Of a stretch of 64,000 nucleotides of DNA, positions 1 to 9,283 are shown piece by piece. The stretch covers positions 128,001 through 192,000 of the forward strand of contig JBBTCT010000022.1 of the NCBI GenBank assembly GCA_038060895.1, in the 5' to 3' direction. A program made the translations under genes and the position numbers. Origin of the DNA: Planctomycetota bacterium. Lineage in GTDB: Bacteria > Planctomycetota > MHYJ01 > WSZJ01. Numbering within the stretch: the stretch's first letter is position 1; each line of letters starts with the position of its first letter. The notes beneath the pieces are model-generated. The model was not told the origin of the DNA, searched no databases, and saw only the letters and a program-made list of their open reading frames with translations.

Positions 1-35
1 AGAGAAGTGAATTCCACGTCGCCTTTGCTGGGCAT
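1..35 (-). CDS. 5' end of a gene running off the window (MPSKGDVEFTS...)
   Basis: ATG at 35-33 preceded by AGGAGA on minus strand; only 11 codons visible. Confidence 0.35.
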   Translation of the reverse strand, partial: MPSKGDVEFTS

Positions 36-189
36 GGGCGGTTCTCCTGGGCCGGGCCGATGACCGCGACTTTATCGCGCCCGGCGACGCGTCCCACCAT
101 AAATCAGCATGCCCGTGTCTGCGGGCAGCCCTGTTCCCGGCGGCTCCCCGTCGTGCTACCATTCGGCCGTTCATTGGAGGCCAGCGACC

Positions 190-585
190 GTGGTCCGGAT
201 GGAACTCTCCCGCATCGTCCTCTGCGAAACGAGCGACCAGCAGGTCATCACCCTCAAGGAAACCGGGGGGGAACGCTCGTTCCCCATCACGATCGGGATC
301 TACGAAGCGGCCGCCATCGAGCGCAAGATCAAGGGCCAGCGCTCCGTCCGCCCGCTCACCCATGACCTCCTGACGTCCGTCATCGCCGAATTGGGCGCCC
401 GAATCGCCCGGATCGTGGTCTGCGAGCTTCGCGAAGAGACTTACTTCGCAAAGCTGATCCTGGATAAGGAGGGGCAGGAAATGGAAATCGACGCGCGCCC
501 CAGCGACGCCATCGCCCTGGCCATCGCTTCCAGCGCACCCATCTTCGTGGACGAGTCCGTCTTTGAAGCGATCGATTCGCACTAG
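190..585 (+). CDS. Bifunctional nuclease family protein (DUF151)
   Basis: Motifs FPITIGIYEAAAI, RPLTHDLL, IDARPSDAIALA; GTG start 9 nt after GGAGG. Confidence 0.9.
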   Translation: MVRMELSRIVLCETSDQQVITLKETGGERSFPITIGIYEAAAIERKIKGQRSVRPLTHDLLTSVIAELGARIARIVVCELREETYFAKLILDKEGQEMEIDARPSDAIALAIASSAPIFVDESVFEAIDSH

Positions 586-655
586 GGGCGCCCGGTCGGC
601 CCAACCCCTTCACGCGCGGGGCGTTTAACCACGGAAGCCCCCCCTCGGAGATCCC

Positions 656-1477
656 ATGCGTCCGCTCGCTCCTCTTCTTGTCCTCGCCCTCGCCCTCCCC
701 GCCTCCGCAGGCGGCCTCGTCGAGCTCGCAGGCAAATCCATCGACGATTACACGTTTTCCTTCCGTGCCCGCTGCTGGACCAGCGACCAGAACTCTCTGG
801 TCCAGGACTCGACGACTGCCCAGCCAGGAAGCGCCATCGACCTCTTTGACGACACCGATCTCGACCGGCGCATCTACATGCCCTGGGTCGACGCTGAGCT
901 TCGCTTCGACGAACTCGCCATCCGTTTCGACTATTTCTGGGCCAACGACCAGATCCGCGGCGAATTCCGGGAAGGGGAAGGGTTCGACGGCCACGTGTTT
1001 CTGAGAGGCGACCGCGCGCTCATGCGCTTCCAGGCCCAGCAGGGGAGCGGTCACTTCGAATGGATTCCGTTGGATCTCGGAAGCGAAAAGACGATCGGAC
1101 TTGAGATCGGGCTGCTGTTCGGGGCGAGGCTTACGCGGATGGAAGCGCAGTTCCGGGACTCGGCTTCGGGCCAGCAATTCCACTCGAGTCTGGTAGGGGT
1201 AGGGCCGGACCCGGGTCTGACCATCACGCTGGGTGTGCTGAACTTCCTGTCAGTTGAGGGCCGGGTGTCAGGGATGCAATTCCGGCTGGGGACATACGAC
1301 TATCGCGCGCTGGACGCCAGCGTAGAGCTGAGGTTTTTCATCGACGACCACTTCTACATCGGACTCGGCTACAAGTACTGCTACGCGTCCATAGCGAAGG
1401 GAGAGGCCGATGAAAACGGCAGGCTCCTCGAATTTGCGTATTTCGGACCCTTTGCGGGCATCGGCCTCCAGTTCTGA
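656..1477 (+). CDS. Putative outer-membrane beta-barrel protein
   Basis: Signal peptide (LLVLALALPASA), alternating amphipathic strands, C-terminal GIGLQF with terminal Phe. Confidence 0.7.
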   Translation: MRPLAPLLVLALALPASAGGLVELAGKSIDDYTFSFRARCWTSDQNSLVQDSTTAQPGSAIDLFDDTDLDRRIYMPWVDAELRFDELAIRFDYFWANDQIRGEFREGEGFDGHVFLRGDRALMRFQAQQGSGHFEWIPLDLGSEKTIGLEIGLLFGARLTRMEAQFRDSASGQQFHSSLVGVGPDPGLTITLGVLNFLSVEGRVSGMQFRLGTYDYRALDASVELRFFIDDHFYIGLGYKYCYASIAKGEADENGRLLEFAYFGPFAGIGLQF

Positions 1478-1627
1478 AACTGCGAGCGCGGATTGCCCTG
1501 AGGCGCTCGGCGCTGGCCCGCCCGACGCGCATCGAATGCGCGCTTTGTCTCGTCCACGGCAGCCGCAGCATTTCGCGGCCCCCTCCCCCGTGGGCGCAGC
1601 CCCGCGCGTCCCATCGCCTCGAAATAA

Positions 1628-1675
1628 TGGAGGGTGAGGGATTCGAACCCCCGGAACCTCAACCCGGACCTCTCC
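1628..1675 (-). other. 48-nt tRNA-like remnant / mini-tRNA (acceptor-like stem, anticodon-like arm, T arm, no D arm)
   Basis: Minus strand GGAGAGGT-CCGGG TTGAGGT TCCGG-GGG TTCGAAT CCC-TCACCCTCCA. Confidence 0.45.
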
Positions 1676-1829
1676 GCAGAAGACGACACGGACCAGCATA
1701 TCCGGCGGGGACGGCCCCGAAAAGTGAAGGTCAGATTCCCCGGTTTTAATTGCCCGAATCCCCGGCCCGGCCTAGACTTACAGGCCCGAATTTTCGAATC
1801 CCCGACGACCTGCAACTGGAGAAATCGCC

Positions 1830-3659
1830 GTGACGACCAGCCTCGCGCCCGAAAAGCCCAAGATTCAGGCCCCCGTGATCAACGACTTCTCGATCGAAAT
1901 CGCCACCGTGAACGGGTCGGGAAGCCAGACCGCCAACAACATGATCATGCGGTCGATCTTCCAGATGGGGGTTCCCTGCAGCGGCAAGAACCTCTTCCCG
2001 TCCAACATCGCCGGCCTGCCCACCTGGTACACCATCCGGGCGAACAAGGACGGCTACATCGCCCGCAAGGCGGAACTCGACATCCTCATCTGCATGAACC
2101 CCGACACGGTGTTCGAGGACATCCAGGGGCTCCGTCCGGGGGCCGTCTGCCTGTACAACGACGAACTGCCGGTCTCCGAGGACCTGCGCGCGGACATCAC
2201 CTGGTACCGCATTCCCTTCGCAAAGATCGTCAAGGAGTGCTGCCCGGACGCGAAGCTCCGCCGCCTGGTCACCAACATCATCTACGTCGGCGTCCTCGAT
2301 TTCCTTCTCGAGGTCGATATCCAGGAGACCTTCAAGGCCCTGCGGAAAAACTTCGCGCGCAAACCCAAGGCAGCCGAAATCAACATCGTGGCGGCGCAGG
2401 CGGGGTATGACTGGGCGAAGGCGAATCTGACGAAGCGCGACCCGTACCGCGTGCAGCGGATGGACAAGACGCAGGGCAAGATCATCATCGAGGGGAACGC
2501 CGCAGCCGCGCTGGGCGCGGTGTTCGCCGGCGTCACGGTGCTGACCTGGTACCCGATCACGCCTTCGTCCTCGCTGTGCGAGTCGATGATCGACTACCTC
2601 GAGGAATACCGCGTCGACAAGGCCACCGGCAAGCCGACGTTCGCCCACGTTCAGGCCGAGGACGAGCTCGCTTCGATCGGCATGGTCCTGGGCGCCGGCT
2701 GGGCCGGCGCCCGCGCCTGCACCGCGACCGCGGGCCCCGGCATCAGCCTCATGAACGAGTTCATCGGCCTCTCCTACTACGCCGAGATCCCCGCCGTCAT
2801 CTTCGACGTCCAGCGCACCGGCCCCTCCACCGGTCTTCCGACCCGCACCATGCAGGGCGACATCCGGCTCTGCGCCGGAGCCTCCCACGGCGATACGAAA
2901 CACCCGATGCTCTTCCCCTGCGATCCCTCCGAAGCGTTTGAGATGGCCGGCATTTCGTTCGACCTCGCCGAACGCCTTCAGACCACCGTCTTCGTCATGC
3001 TCGACCTGGACCTGGGCATGAACAACTGGATGTCAGATCCCTTCGCTTACCCGACCAAGCCGCTCGATCGCGGCAAGGTCCTCTCCGTCGAGGACCTCAA
3101 GCGCCTCGGCAAGTTCGAGCGCTACCGCGACGTCGACGGCGACGGCATCCCGTATCGCACTCTTCCCGGGACCGATCACGCCCTCGCGCCGTACTTCACG
3201 CGCGGAAGCGGCCACAACGAGAAGGCGCAGTACTCGGAGAAGCCGGCCGACTACAAGAACAACATGGACCGCCTCGCGAGGAAGTTCGAGACGGCGCGCA
3301 AGCACGTCCCGGCGCCGGTTGTCGAGAACGAGCCGGGCGCCGAGATTGGCTTCATCGCCTTCGGCACGACGCATCATGCAATGAAGGAGTGCCGCGACCA
3401 GCTGCGCAACGAGAAGGGGGTCAAGACGTCGTACCTGCGCCTCCGGGCCTACCCCTTCAGCCAGGACCTCAAGGATTTCATCACGAAGCACAAGCGCATT
3501 TACGTTGTCGAGCAGAACCGGGACGGCCAGATGCGCGACCTGATTGCGCTGGAAGTCGGCCCCGACGTCGCCAAGGTCCGGAGCATCCGCAACTACAACG
3601 GCATCCCTATCGACGCCCGCATGATCACCAACACCTTGCTGAGCCAGGAGGGCAAATAA
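1830..3659 (+). CDS. korA: 2-oxoacid:ferredoxin oxidoreductase alpha subunit (gamma-alpha fusion)
   Basis: NGSGSQ N-terminal motif, YPITP, QAEDELAS, TATAGPGISLM, QRTGPSTGLPT, VVEQN. Confidence 0.93.
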   Translation: MTTSLAPEKPKIQAPVINDFSIEIATVNGSGSQTANNMIMRSIFQMGVPCSGKNLFPSNIAGLPTWYTIRANKDGYIARKAELDILICMNPDTVFEDIQGLRPGAVCLYNDELPVSEDLRADITWYRIPFAKIVKECCPDAKLRRLVTNIIYVGVLDFLLEVDIQETFKALRKNFARKPKAAEINIVAAQAGYDWAKANLTKRDPYRVQRMDKTQGKIIIEGNAAAALGAVFAGVTVLTWYPITPSSSLCESMIDYLEEYRVDKATGKPTFAHVQAEDELASIGMVLGAGWAGARACTATAGPGISLMNEFIGLSYYAEIPAVIFDVQRTGPSTGLPTRTMQGDIRLCAGASHGDTKHPMLFPCDPSEAFEMAGISFDLAERLQTTVFVMLDLDLGMNNWMSDPFAYPTKPLDRGKVLSVEDLKRLGKFERYRDVDGDGIPYRTLPGTDHALAPYFTRGSGHNEKAQYSEKPADYKNNMDRLARKFETARKHVPAPVVENEPGAEIGFIAFGTTHHAMKECRDQLRNEKGVKTSYLRLRAYPFSQDLKDFITKHKRIYVVEQNRDGQMRDLIALEVGPDVAKVRSIRNYNGIPIDARMITNTLLSQEGK

Positions 3660-3660
3660 G

Positions 3661-4719
3661 ATGGCGCCGGAAATCGCCTCACCGCAGGTCCCGCCGCAGG
3701 AGCGCAAGCAGAACCGCCTGGGCCTGACGCTGCCGGACTACCAGGGAAGCGCCTCGACGCTCTGCGCCGGGTGCGGGCACGACTCGATCACGAACCAGAT
3801 CATCCGCGCCTTTTTCGAGATGGGCGTTGCGCCGCACATGGTGGCGAAGATGAGCGGGATCGGGTGCAGCTCGAAGACGCCGGCCTACTTCCTCGGCAAG
3901 TCGCACGGATTCAACGCCGTCCACGGACGCATGCCCGCGATCGCGACGGGCGCAGTCCTCGGCAACAAGAAGCTGGTCACGATCGGTATTTCCGGCGACG
4001 GCGACACCGCCTCGATCGGCATGGGGCAGTTCGTGCACCTCCTGCACCGCAACGCGCCGTGCATCTACATCATGGAGAACAACGGCGTGTACGGCCTGAC
4101 GAAGGGCCAGTTCAGCGCCACGGCCGATTTCGGATCGAAGTCGAAGTGGGGCAAGGAGAACCAGACCCCGCCGATCGACTGCTGCGCGATGGCGGTCGAG
4201 CTCGGGTGCGGATTCGTGGCGCGGTCGTTCTCGGGTGACACCAAGCAGATGGTCACGCTTCTCAAGGCCGCCGTGGCGCACAAGGGGACGGCCTTCCTCG
4301 ACATCGTCTCGCCGTGCATCACGTTCAACAACCACGAGGGCTCGACCAAGTCGTACAAGTGGGCCAAGGACCACGAGGAAGAGCTGCACGAGATCGGCTT
4401 CGTCCCGTTCTTCGACCAGACCGAGGCGGAAGTCAAGCCCGGCGAGACGAAGGAAGTCCAGTTCCCCGACGGCTCGAGGATTCGCTTCAAGGCCGTCGGC
4501 AAGGAATACGACCCGACCAGCAAGGAGCAGGCTCTCCTCGAACTGCTCCGCACCCGCGAGCAGAACTCGTTCCTCACCGGCATGCTCTACCTGAACACGA
4601 AGACTCCGGACCTGTGCACCCAGCTCGACATGCCGGATGCCCCGCTCGCGACGCTTCCCGAAAGCCTGACCCGGCCGCCGAAGGCGATCCTCGACGAGGT
4701 CATGGAACGCCTGAAATAG
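3661..4719 (+). CDS. korB: 2-oxoacid:ferredoxin oxidoreductase beta subunit
   Basis: CAGCGH, SGIGCSS, VHGR, TPP motif GDGD...ENNGVYGLTKGQ, SPCITFN; adjacent to alpha subunit. Confidence 0.93.
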   Translation: MAPEIASPQVPPQERKQNRLGLTLPDYQGSASTLCAGCGHDSITNQIIRAFFEMGVAPHMVAKMSGIGCSSKTPAYFLGKSHGFNAVHGRMPAIATGAVLGNKKLVTIGISGDGDTASIGMGQFVHLLHRNAPCIYIMENNGVYGLTKGQFSATADFGSKSKWGKENQTPPIDCCAMAVELGCGFVARSFSGDTKQMVTLLKAAVAHKGTAFLDIVSPCITFNNHEGSTKSYKWAKDHEEELHEIGFVPFFDQTEAEVKPGETKEVQFPDGSRIRFKAVGKEYDPTSKEQALLELLRTREQNSFLTGMLYLNTKTPDLCTQLDMPDAPLATLPESLTRPPKAILDEVMERLK

Positions 4720-4754
4720 TTGGTAGTCGGTGGTGGGTGGGGGGTAGGAACGAC

Positions 4755-4787
4755 AAAGAAACGGCCTCCTGAACGGGGGCCGTTCTC
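4755..4787 (+). terminator. Hairpin terminator after korB
   Basis: AACGGCCTCC-TGAACG-GGGGCCGTT stem-loop after the stop. Confidence 0.5.
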
Positions 4788-4860
4788 ATTGAAAAGAAGT
4801 GATGTCCCCGAGGACATCGGCTGCTAAATTGACCGCCCGCGGTCGTTGTCGTTCTCTGAT

Positions 4861-4954
4861 TTCACGGGGCGGGAATGTGAAGCGGAGTTCGTGCGGTTCG
4901 CGCGTCTTTTCGTGCGAGCCGCACGAACTCCGCTTCACATTCCCGCCCCGTGAA
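4861..4954. repeat. Long palindrome (36-bp perfect arms, about 44 bp with G-U) just upstream of tRNA-Ser
   Basis: TTCACGGGGCGGGAATGTGAAGCGGAGTTCGTGCGG ... CCGCACGAACTCCGCTTCACATTCCCGCCCCGTGAA. Confidence 0.9.
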
Positions 4955-4958
4955 TTCA

Positions 4959-5048
4959 GGAGAGGTGGCAGAGTGGCCTATCGCGGCGGCTTGCTAAGCC
5001 GTTGTACGGGTTATGCCTGTACCCAGGGTTCGAATCCCTGCCTCTCCG
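4959..5048 (+). tRNA. tRNA-Ser(GCT)
   Basis: Acceptor GGAGAGG/CCTCTCC, anticodon arm GCGGC-TTGCTAA-GCCGT, long variable arm, CAGGG-TTCGAAT-CCCTG, discriminator G; CCA not encoded. Confidence 0.97.
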
Positions 5049-5167
5049 TCGCCGAAGCGGGTTGGCCTGGCGGGACGCTCCGGCGTGGCCGATGTGAAGG
5101 GGTGTTCCGGAGGGCGGCCCTGGCGGCCGCGCCTCCGCGCCCCACCAGGCCAACCCGCTTCGGCGAC
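5048..5167. repeat. Inverted-repeat element (23-bp perfect arms) starting at the tRNA 3' end
   Basis: GTCGCCGAAGCGGGTTGGCCTGG (5048-5070) / CCAGGCCAACCCGCTTCGGCGAC (5145-5167). Confidence 0.8.
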
Positions 5168-5191
5168 CTGACGGCTGTGACGCCTGACCTT

Positions 5192-5347
5192 GCCTGAGCG
5201 CGAGAGGGATGAGCGGCTTGAAGTGGGTGGCGCCGGTCCGGCCGGACGCGCCGAGTTGGTCCAGTCCTTGATTCCACGACTGCCTCAGTCTCGCCGGATG
5301 GACTGGCGCTGCCCACTTCAAGCCGCGCATCCCTCCCGCGCTCAGGC
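5192..5347. repeat. Imperfect about 48-bp inverted-repeat element (MITE/REP-like)
   Basis: GCCTGAGCGCGAGAGGGATGAGCGGCTTGAAGTGGG... pairs with ...CCCACTTCAAGCCGCGCATCCCTCCCGCGCTCAGGC. Confidence 0.8.
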
Positions 5348-5426
5348 TTGACGCTCACTGCCGCGCGGGACTAGGATGATCGGGTTCCACTGAACGATTC
5401 CCGAATGAGACTGGAGACAGGACGCC

Positions 5427-5921
5427 ATGGGCGGCTACACGATCCGGGAAGGGTGCATCGGCTGCACGGTCTGCGCGAAGCGCTGCCCGACCGAGGCGAT
5501 CACGGGCTCGACGAAGAAAATGCACTACATCGACCCCGAGCTGTGCATCGACTGCGGGGTGTGCGGGTCGTACTGCCCCGTGGACTGCATCTACGACCAG
5601 TTCGGCCAGCAGACGTTCATGATCAAGCAGGCCAAGCTCCGGCCGCTCGCCATCGTGCTCGAGGAAAACTGCACCGGCTGCGAAGCGTGCGTGAACATCT
5701 GTCCCTTCGACTGCCTTTCCATGCGCAAGGGCGGGGAAGAGGGCCACTTCTTTACCGTGTCCTGGCTTTCCAAGCCGAAGGCCTGCGTGGCCTGCAAGCT
5801 CTGCGAAGTGGCGTGCGGTGACAAGGAAGCGATCAAAGTCGTGTGGCCCGACAAGACCGGAGCCCTGGATCCTTACGGCGAGCCGCTGGTCAGTTTCAAC
5901 CTCCCGGCTTCGCTGAAATAG
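5427..5921 (+). CDS. Polyferredoxin with four [4Fe-4S] motifs
   Basis: Four CxxCxxCxxxC motifs (CIGCTVCAKRCP, CIDCGVCGSYCP, CTGCEACVNICP, CVACKLCEVAC). Confidence 0.92.
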   Translation: MGGYTIREGCIGCTVCAKRCPTEAITGSTKKMHYIDPELCIDCGVCGSYCPVDCIYDQFGQQTFMIKQAKLRPLAIVLEENCTGCEACVNICPFDCLSMRKGGEEGHFFTVSWLSKPKACVACKLCEVACGDKEAIKVVWPDKTGALDPYGEPLVSFNLPASLK

Positions 5922-6009
5922 CGCGGCCGGAAATGCGGAGTTCGGGGGTCTCCATCGCAACCATTTCCATCCCGGTTTCGACGCCGCCCCCGGAATGCGG
6001 GGGATTGCG

Positions 6010-6762
6010 GTGATCGCTATCGTCTCCGACATCCACGCGAACCTCGAGGCCCTCGAGGCAACGCTCAAGGACATCCGTGCCCAGAACGTGACGGAGATTC
6101 TGTGCCTGGGCGACGTGATCGGCTACGGCCCCAATCCGCGCGAGTGCCTGCGCATCGCGATGAAAGAGTGCCGCTTCAATCTGCTCGGCAACCACGAGCA
6201 GGCCGTCATGCAGGGTCCGATCGGGTTCAACCCCAAGGCGAAGAAGGCCGTGGAGTGGACGAAGGAGCAGCTGACGGCGAAGGAGTTTCCGGAAGCGGAG
6301 AACCTGGACTTCTGGAAGTACCTGAACTCGATGCCGGCGCAGCTGACGGAGGGAACGATCCTCTTCGTGCACGCTTCGCCTCTCGACCCCACGAACCAGT
6401 ACGTCGTGCCGATGGACGCGTACAACGAGGCGTTCATCGACGAGTTGATGGACGTGATTCCGCAGATCGCCTTCTGCGGCCACACGCACATCCCCGGGAT
6501 CTTCACGCAGGACTACCTGTTTCTGTCGCCGCAGGACATCGACAACGAGTACATCCAGGGCGAGAAGAAGCTTCTCGTGAACGTCGGCTCGATCGGCCAG
6601 CCGCGCGACGGGGATAACCGGTCGTGCTACATCCTGTGGGATGCCGAGAAGCGGTCGGTGAAGTACCGGCGCGTGGAGTACGACTTTGAGACGACGATCA
6701 AGAAGATCGAGAAGAGCGGGCTGCCGGAGACGCTGGGATTGAGACTGGCTCGCGGCGTCTAG
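6010..6762 (+). CDS. Metallophosphoesterase (calcineurin-like)
   Basis: SDIHAN, LGDVIGYG, GNHE, HAS, GHTH, NVGSIGQPRD motifs. Confidence 0.92.
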   Translation: MIAIVSDIHANLEALEATLKDIRAQNVTEILCLGDVIGYGPNPRECLRIAMKECRFNLLGNHEQAVMQGPIGFNPKAKKAVEWTKEQLTAKEFPEAENLDFWKYLNSMPAQLTEGTILFVHASPLDPTNQYVVPMDAYNEAFIDELMDVIPQIAFCGHTHIPGIFTQDYLFLSPQDIDNEYIQGEKKLLVNVGSIGQPRDGDNRSCYILWDAEKRSVKYRRVEYDFETTIKKIEKSGLPETLGLRLARGV

Positions 6763-6815
6763 GTGGCCAGCGGCGGGTAGCCCCGAATGTCCGCTTCGCT
6801 TAATCTGGTCCGATC

Positions 6816-7601
6816 ATGGCTGACGCCCCCTTCAAGAACTACCAGCTCGCTTCGTCCTTTACCTACGGCCCCATCAAGACGCGCCGGTGCGGGATGTCGC
6901 TCGGGCTCAACACCCTGCCGCCGGATCTCAAGGTGTGTTCGTTCGACTGCCCCTACTGCCAGTGCGGTTGGACGGAGCCGACGGCGCGCGGGCGCGGGGA
7001 GCGGCTGAAGTATCCCGAGGTGAAGGAGATCCTCGGCGAGATCGAGGCGCGCCTCACGGAACTGTCCGCAGCCGGGGAGCGCGTCGACACGATGACCTTC
7101 GCGGGAAACGGCGAGCCGACGCTTCATCCGAAGTTCCGCGAGATCGTGGAAGGGACGATGGCGCTGAAGAAGAAGTTCTACCCGGCCGCGATCGTGGACG
7201 TGCTCTCGAACGCCCAGACGGTAAACCGCCCCAACGTCCGCGAGGGGCTCAAGCTGCTCGACCGCCGCATCCTGAAACTCGACGGCGGGAACATGCGGGT
7301 CATCGAGGCGGTGGACAAGCCGCTCGCGAAGTTCGATCTGCCGGAGATTCTTGAGGGACTGCGCACGCTCGGCGACGTCACGATCCAGTCGATGTTCGTC
7401 GCGGGGTCGACGGACAACACGGCGGACGAGGATGTGGCGGACTGGGTGAAGTGCCTCGACGTCGTGAAGCCGGTCGCGGTGCAGGTGTACACGCTCGACC
7501 GATTCCCGGCGGACAAGAGCCTGAAGCGCGTGCCGAAGGCAAAGCTGGAGGCGATCGCGGAGCGGGCGCGGAAGGCGGGGCATCCGGCTGATGTCTTCTA
7601 A
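6816..7601 (+). CDS. Radical SAM protein
   Basis: CSFDCPYC (CxxxCxxC) and GNGEPTLHP. Confidence 0.9.
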   Translation: MADAPFKNYQLASSFTYGPIKTRRCGMSLGLNTLPPDLKVCSFDCPYCQCGWTEPTARGRGERLKYPEVKEILGEIEARLTELSAAGERVDTMTFAGNGEPTLHPKFREIVEGTMALKKKFYPAAIVDVLSNAQTVNRPNVREGLKLLDRRILKLDGGNMRVIEAVDKPLAKFDLPEILEGLRTLGDVTIQSMFVAGSTDNTADEDVADWVKCLDVVKPVAVQVYTLDRFPADKSLKRVPKAKLEAIAERARKAGHPADVF

Positions 7602-7639
7602 ACGGAGGTAGAGGAGTGCACCCTGGGACGGCTAGATCC

Positions 7640-7975
7640 ATGCGGATCGTCGCCATCGGCCTGCTCGGAATTCCGGTTGTATGCGGAGTTGTGGCCACGG
7701 CAGCATTCAATAGCCAGGGCGGCTTCGGAGCGGGCCACGGCGACGCGGACCCGTTGATTGGATTGCTGGGGTGCCCGGCGTTGTTTCTGCTCCCATGGCT
7801 CCCGGTGCCGGACTTCATTTCGCAACATGACTTGATCGCGATCATCTGGCTACCGGCGGTATTGAACGAGCTCCTGGTCTGGGGGCCGATCGCCTGGTTC
7901 ATGTTCCGGCTTTCCCGGCGCGCGCCCGACGCGCGTCCCCTGAGCAAGGCGCAGGGGCCGGCTCTAGGCGACTGA
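7640..7975 (+). CDS. Hypothetical membrane protein
   Basis: About three hydrophobic segments; fits the gap between genes; start uncertain (7616 or 7640). Confidence 0.55.
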   Translation: MRIVAIGLLGIPVVCGVVATAAFNSQGGFGAGHGDADPLIGLLGCPALFLLPWLPVPDFISQHDLIAIIWLPAVLNELLVWGPIAWFMFRLSRRAPDARPLSKAQGPALGD

Positions 7976-8019
7976 GCGGGGCGAATCCAGGGTCGAAGGC
8001 ACTGTCACGGCATGAGGCC

Positions 8020-8577
8020 TCACGGAGACTCGCCAAAGACCGCGGAGAGCGGGATCGCAATTCCTGGGAGCAGGGGAGACCGAAGTATGCCGTCGGCGCC
8101 GAACACACCGCGGCTGATCCATCGGCCGCCGGCGCGCTCCAGGATTTCGATGGTGCCCAGGTCCGGGTCCCCGATCCAATACTCAGGGAGTTTGTGCCGG
8201 AGGTAGAGATCTTTCTTGCGCTTGAGATCGTGTTCCCGGTGGGCCTTCGACAGGAATTCGATGGCGATGTCCGGCGCCCCTTCGAGGCGTTCTTTGAGAC
8301 GGTCGAGGTGAGCCTTGGCGATGAAAACGACGTCCGGTTGTACGACCGTGCGTTTTGACAGCACGACGTCGAACGGCGAGATAAACACCTCTCCGAGCTT
8401 GCGCCTGCGGACTCGTCCCTCAAGGAAGGCCGCGAGACGGAGGGCCGCGCGCTGGTGCCGTGCTCCCGGTGCGGGGGTCACGTCGTAGAAGACTCCGTCA
8501 ATGAGCTCGACGCCCCATTCGATGGGGAGGGCCATGTAATCGGCCACGGTCTTCGGGGGATCAGCGCGCACCGGCAT
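8020..8577 (-). CDS. Uma2 family (DUF820) putative endonuclease
   Basis: ELIDG, PAPGARHQ, VQPDVVF, PDIAIEFLS, KKDLY, EYWIGDP motifs. Confidence 0.9.
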   Translation of the reverse strand: MPVRADPPKTVADYMALPIEWGVELIDGVFYDVTPAPGARHQRAALRLAAFLEGRVRRRKLGEVFISPFDVVLSKRTVVQPDVVFIAKAHLDRLKERLEGAPDIAIEFLSKAHREHDLKRKKDLYLRHKLPEYWIGDPDLGTIEILERAGGRWISRGVFGADGILRSPLLPGIAIPLSAVFGESP

Positions 8578-8660
8578 GCCCCTAGGATACGAGGCGTTGC
8601 GGAGTACGCGGAATCCGAAGATTCGGCGAGCGGGTGTTCGTGCAATCACGACTGACCAGA

Positions 8661-8688
8661 ATGATATCATGGATATATACGATGTCAA
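8661..8688 (-). promoter_or_regulatory. Putative sigma70 promoter for the Uma2 gene with palindrome over the -10
   Basis: TTGACA-N16-TATCAT with extended -10 TG; ATGATATCAT palindrome at 8661-8670 in an AT-rich patch. Confidence 0.5.
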
Positions 8689-8761
8689 CGGCAGCATATG
8701 AAATAGTTTGCAAAGTGCGTTTCCCCTTCTCCGCCGGCCTCCAATCTGGCAAAACAGCCGC

Positions 8762-9043
8762 ATGCCCTTCCTCCTCACCGACCGCGCCGTCCGCCTCGCC
8801 CGCGAGGCCGGGGGGCATCTGCGCCTGGCGCCGCGTCCCGGGCCGCAGCATGTGCGGCCGATGCCGGTGGATTTCTTCCTGGAGGACGGGCCGCCCGCGG
8901 ACCACGTGTCGTTCCTGGCCGCAGGAGTGACGGTCTGGGTGCCGGCGCATCTGACGTGGATGGCGGATAACGAAGTGGCCATTGAAGCGGCGGCGGATGG
9001 GCACTTGCACGGGGCGATCGAGGACGTGCGGACCCCGTACTAG
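8762..9043 (+). CDS. Small hypothetical protein (weak HesB/IscA-like pattern)
   Basis: LTDRAV...DHVSFLAAGVTVWV pattern; no conserved Cys. Confidence 0.45.
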   Translation: MPFLLTDRAVRLAREAGGHLRLAPRPGPQHVRPMPVDFFLEDGPPADHVSFLAAGVTVWVPAHLTWMADNEVAIEAAADGHLHGAIEDVRTPY

Positions 9044-9070
9044 CGTGGCCGGCGGACGAATTGAGGGGAC

Positions 9071-9158
9071 GGCGGTGGGCAGGGGGTAGTTGGCAGGAGG
9101 TAGGAACAACTTCTCCCACGATGGCTTTTCCTGCCCCCCACCCACTACCAACTACTCC
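9071..9158. repeat. Heptamer-periodic inverted-repeat element (GGTAGNN family)
   Basis: GGGGTAGTTGGCAGGAGGTAGG ... CCTGCCCCCCACCCACTACCAACTAC. Confidence 0.65.
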
Positions 9159-9283
9159 CGCCCGCGCAACACTCCCCAGCCGTTGTCCTAACGCCTTGCC
9201 TCGCTTGCCCTTAGACGGCATTGCCGCTTCTGGCGTTATCTGCTAACGTTGACTCCCTTTCCCACTCCCCGGAGCACGCAGCA

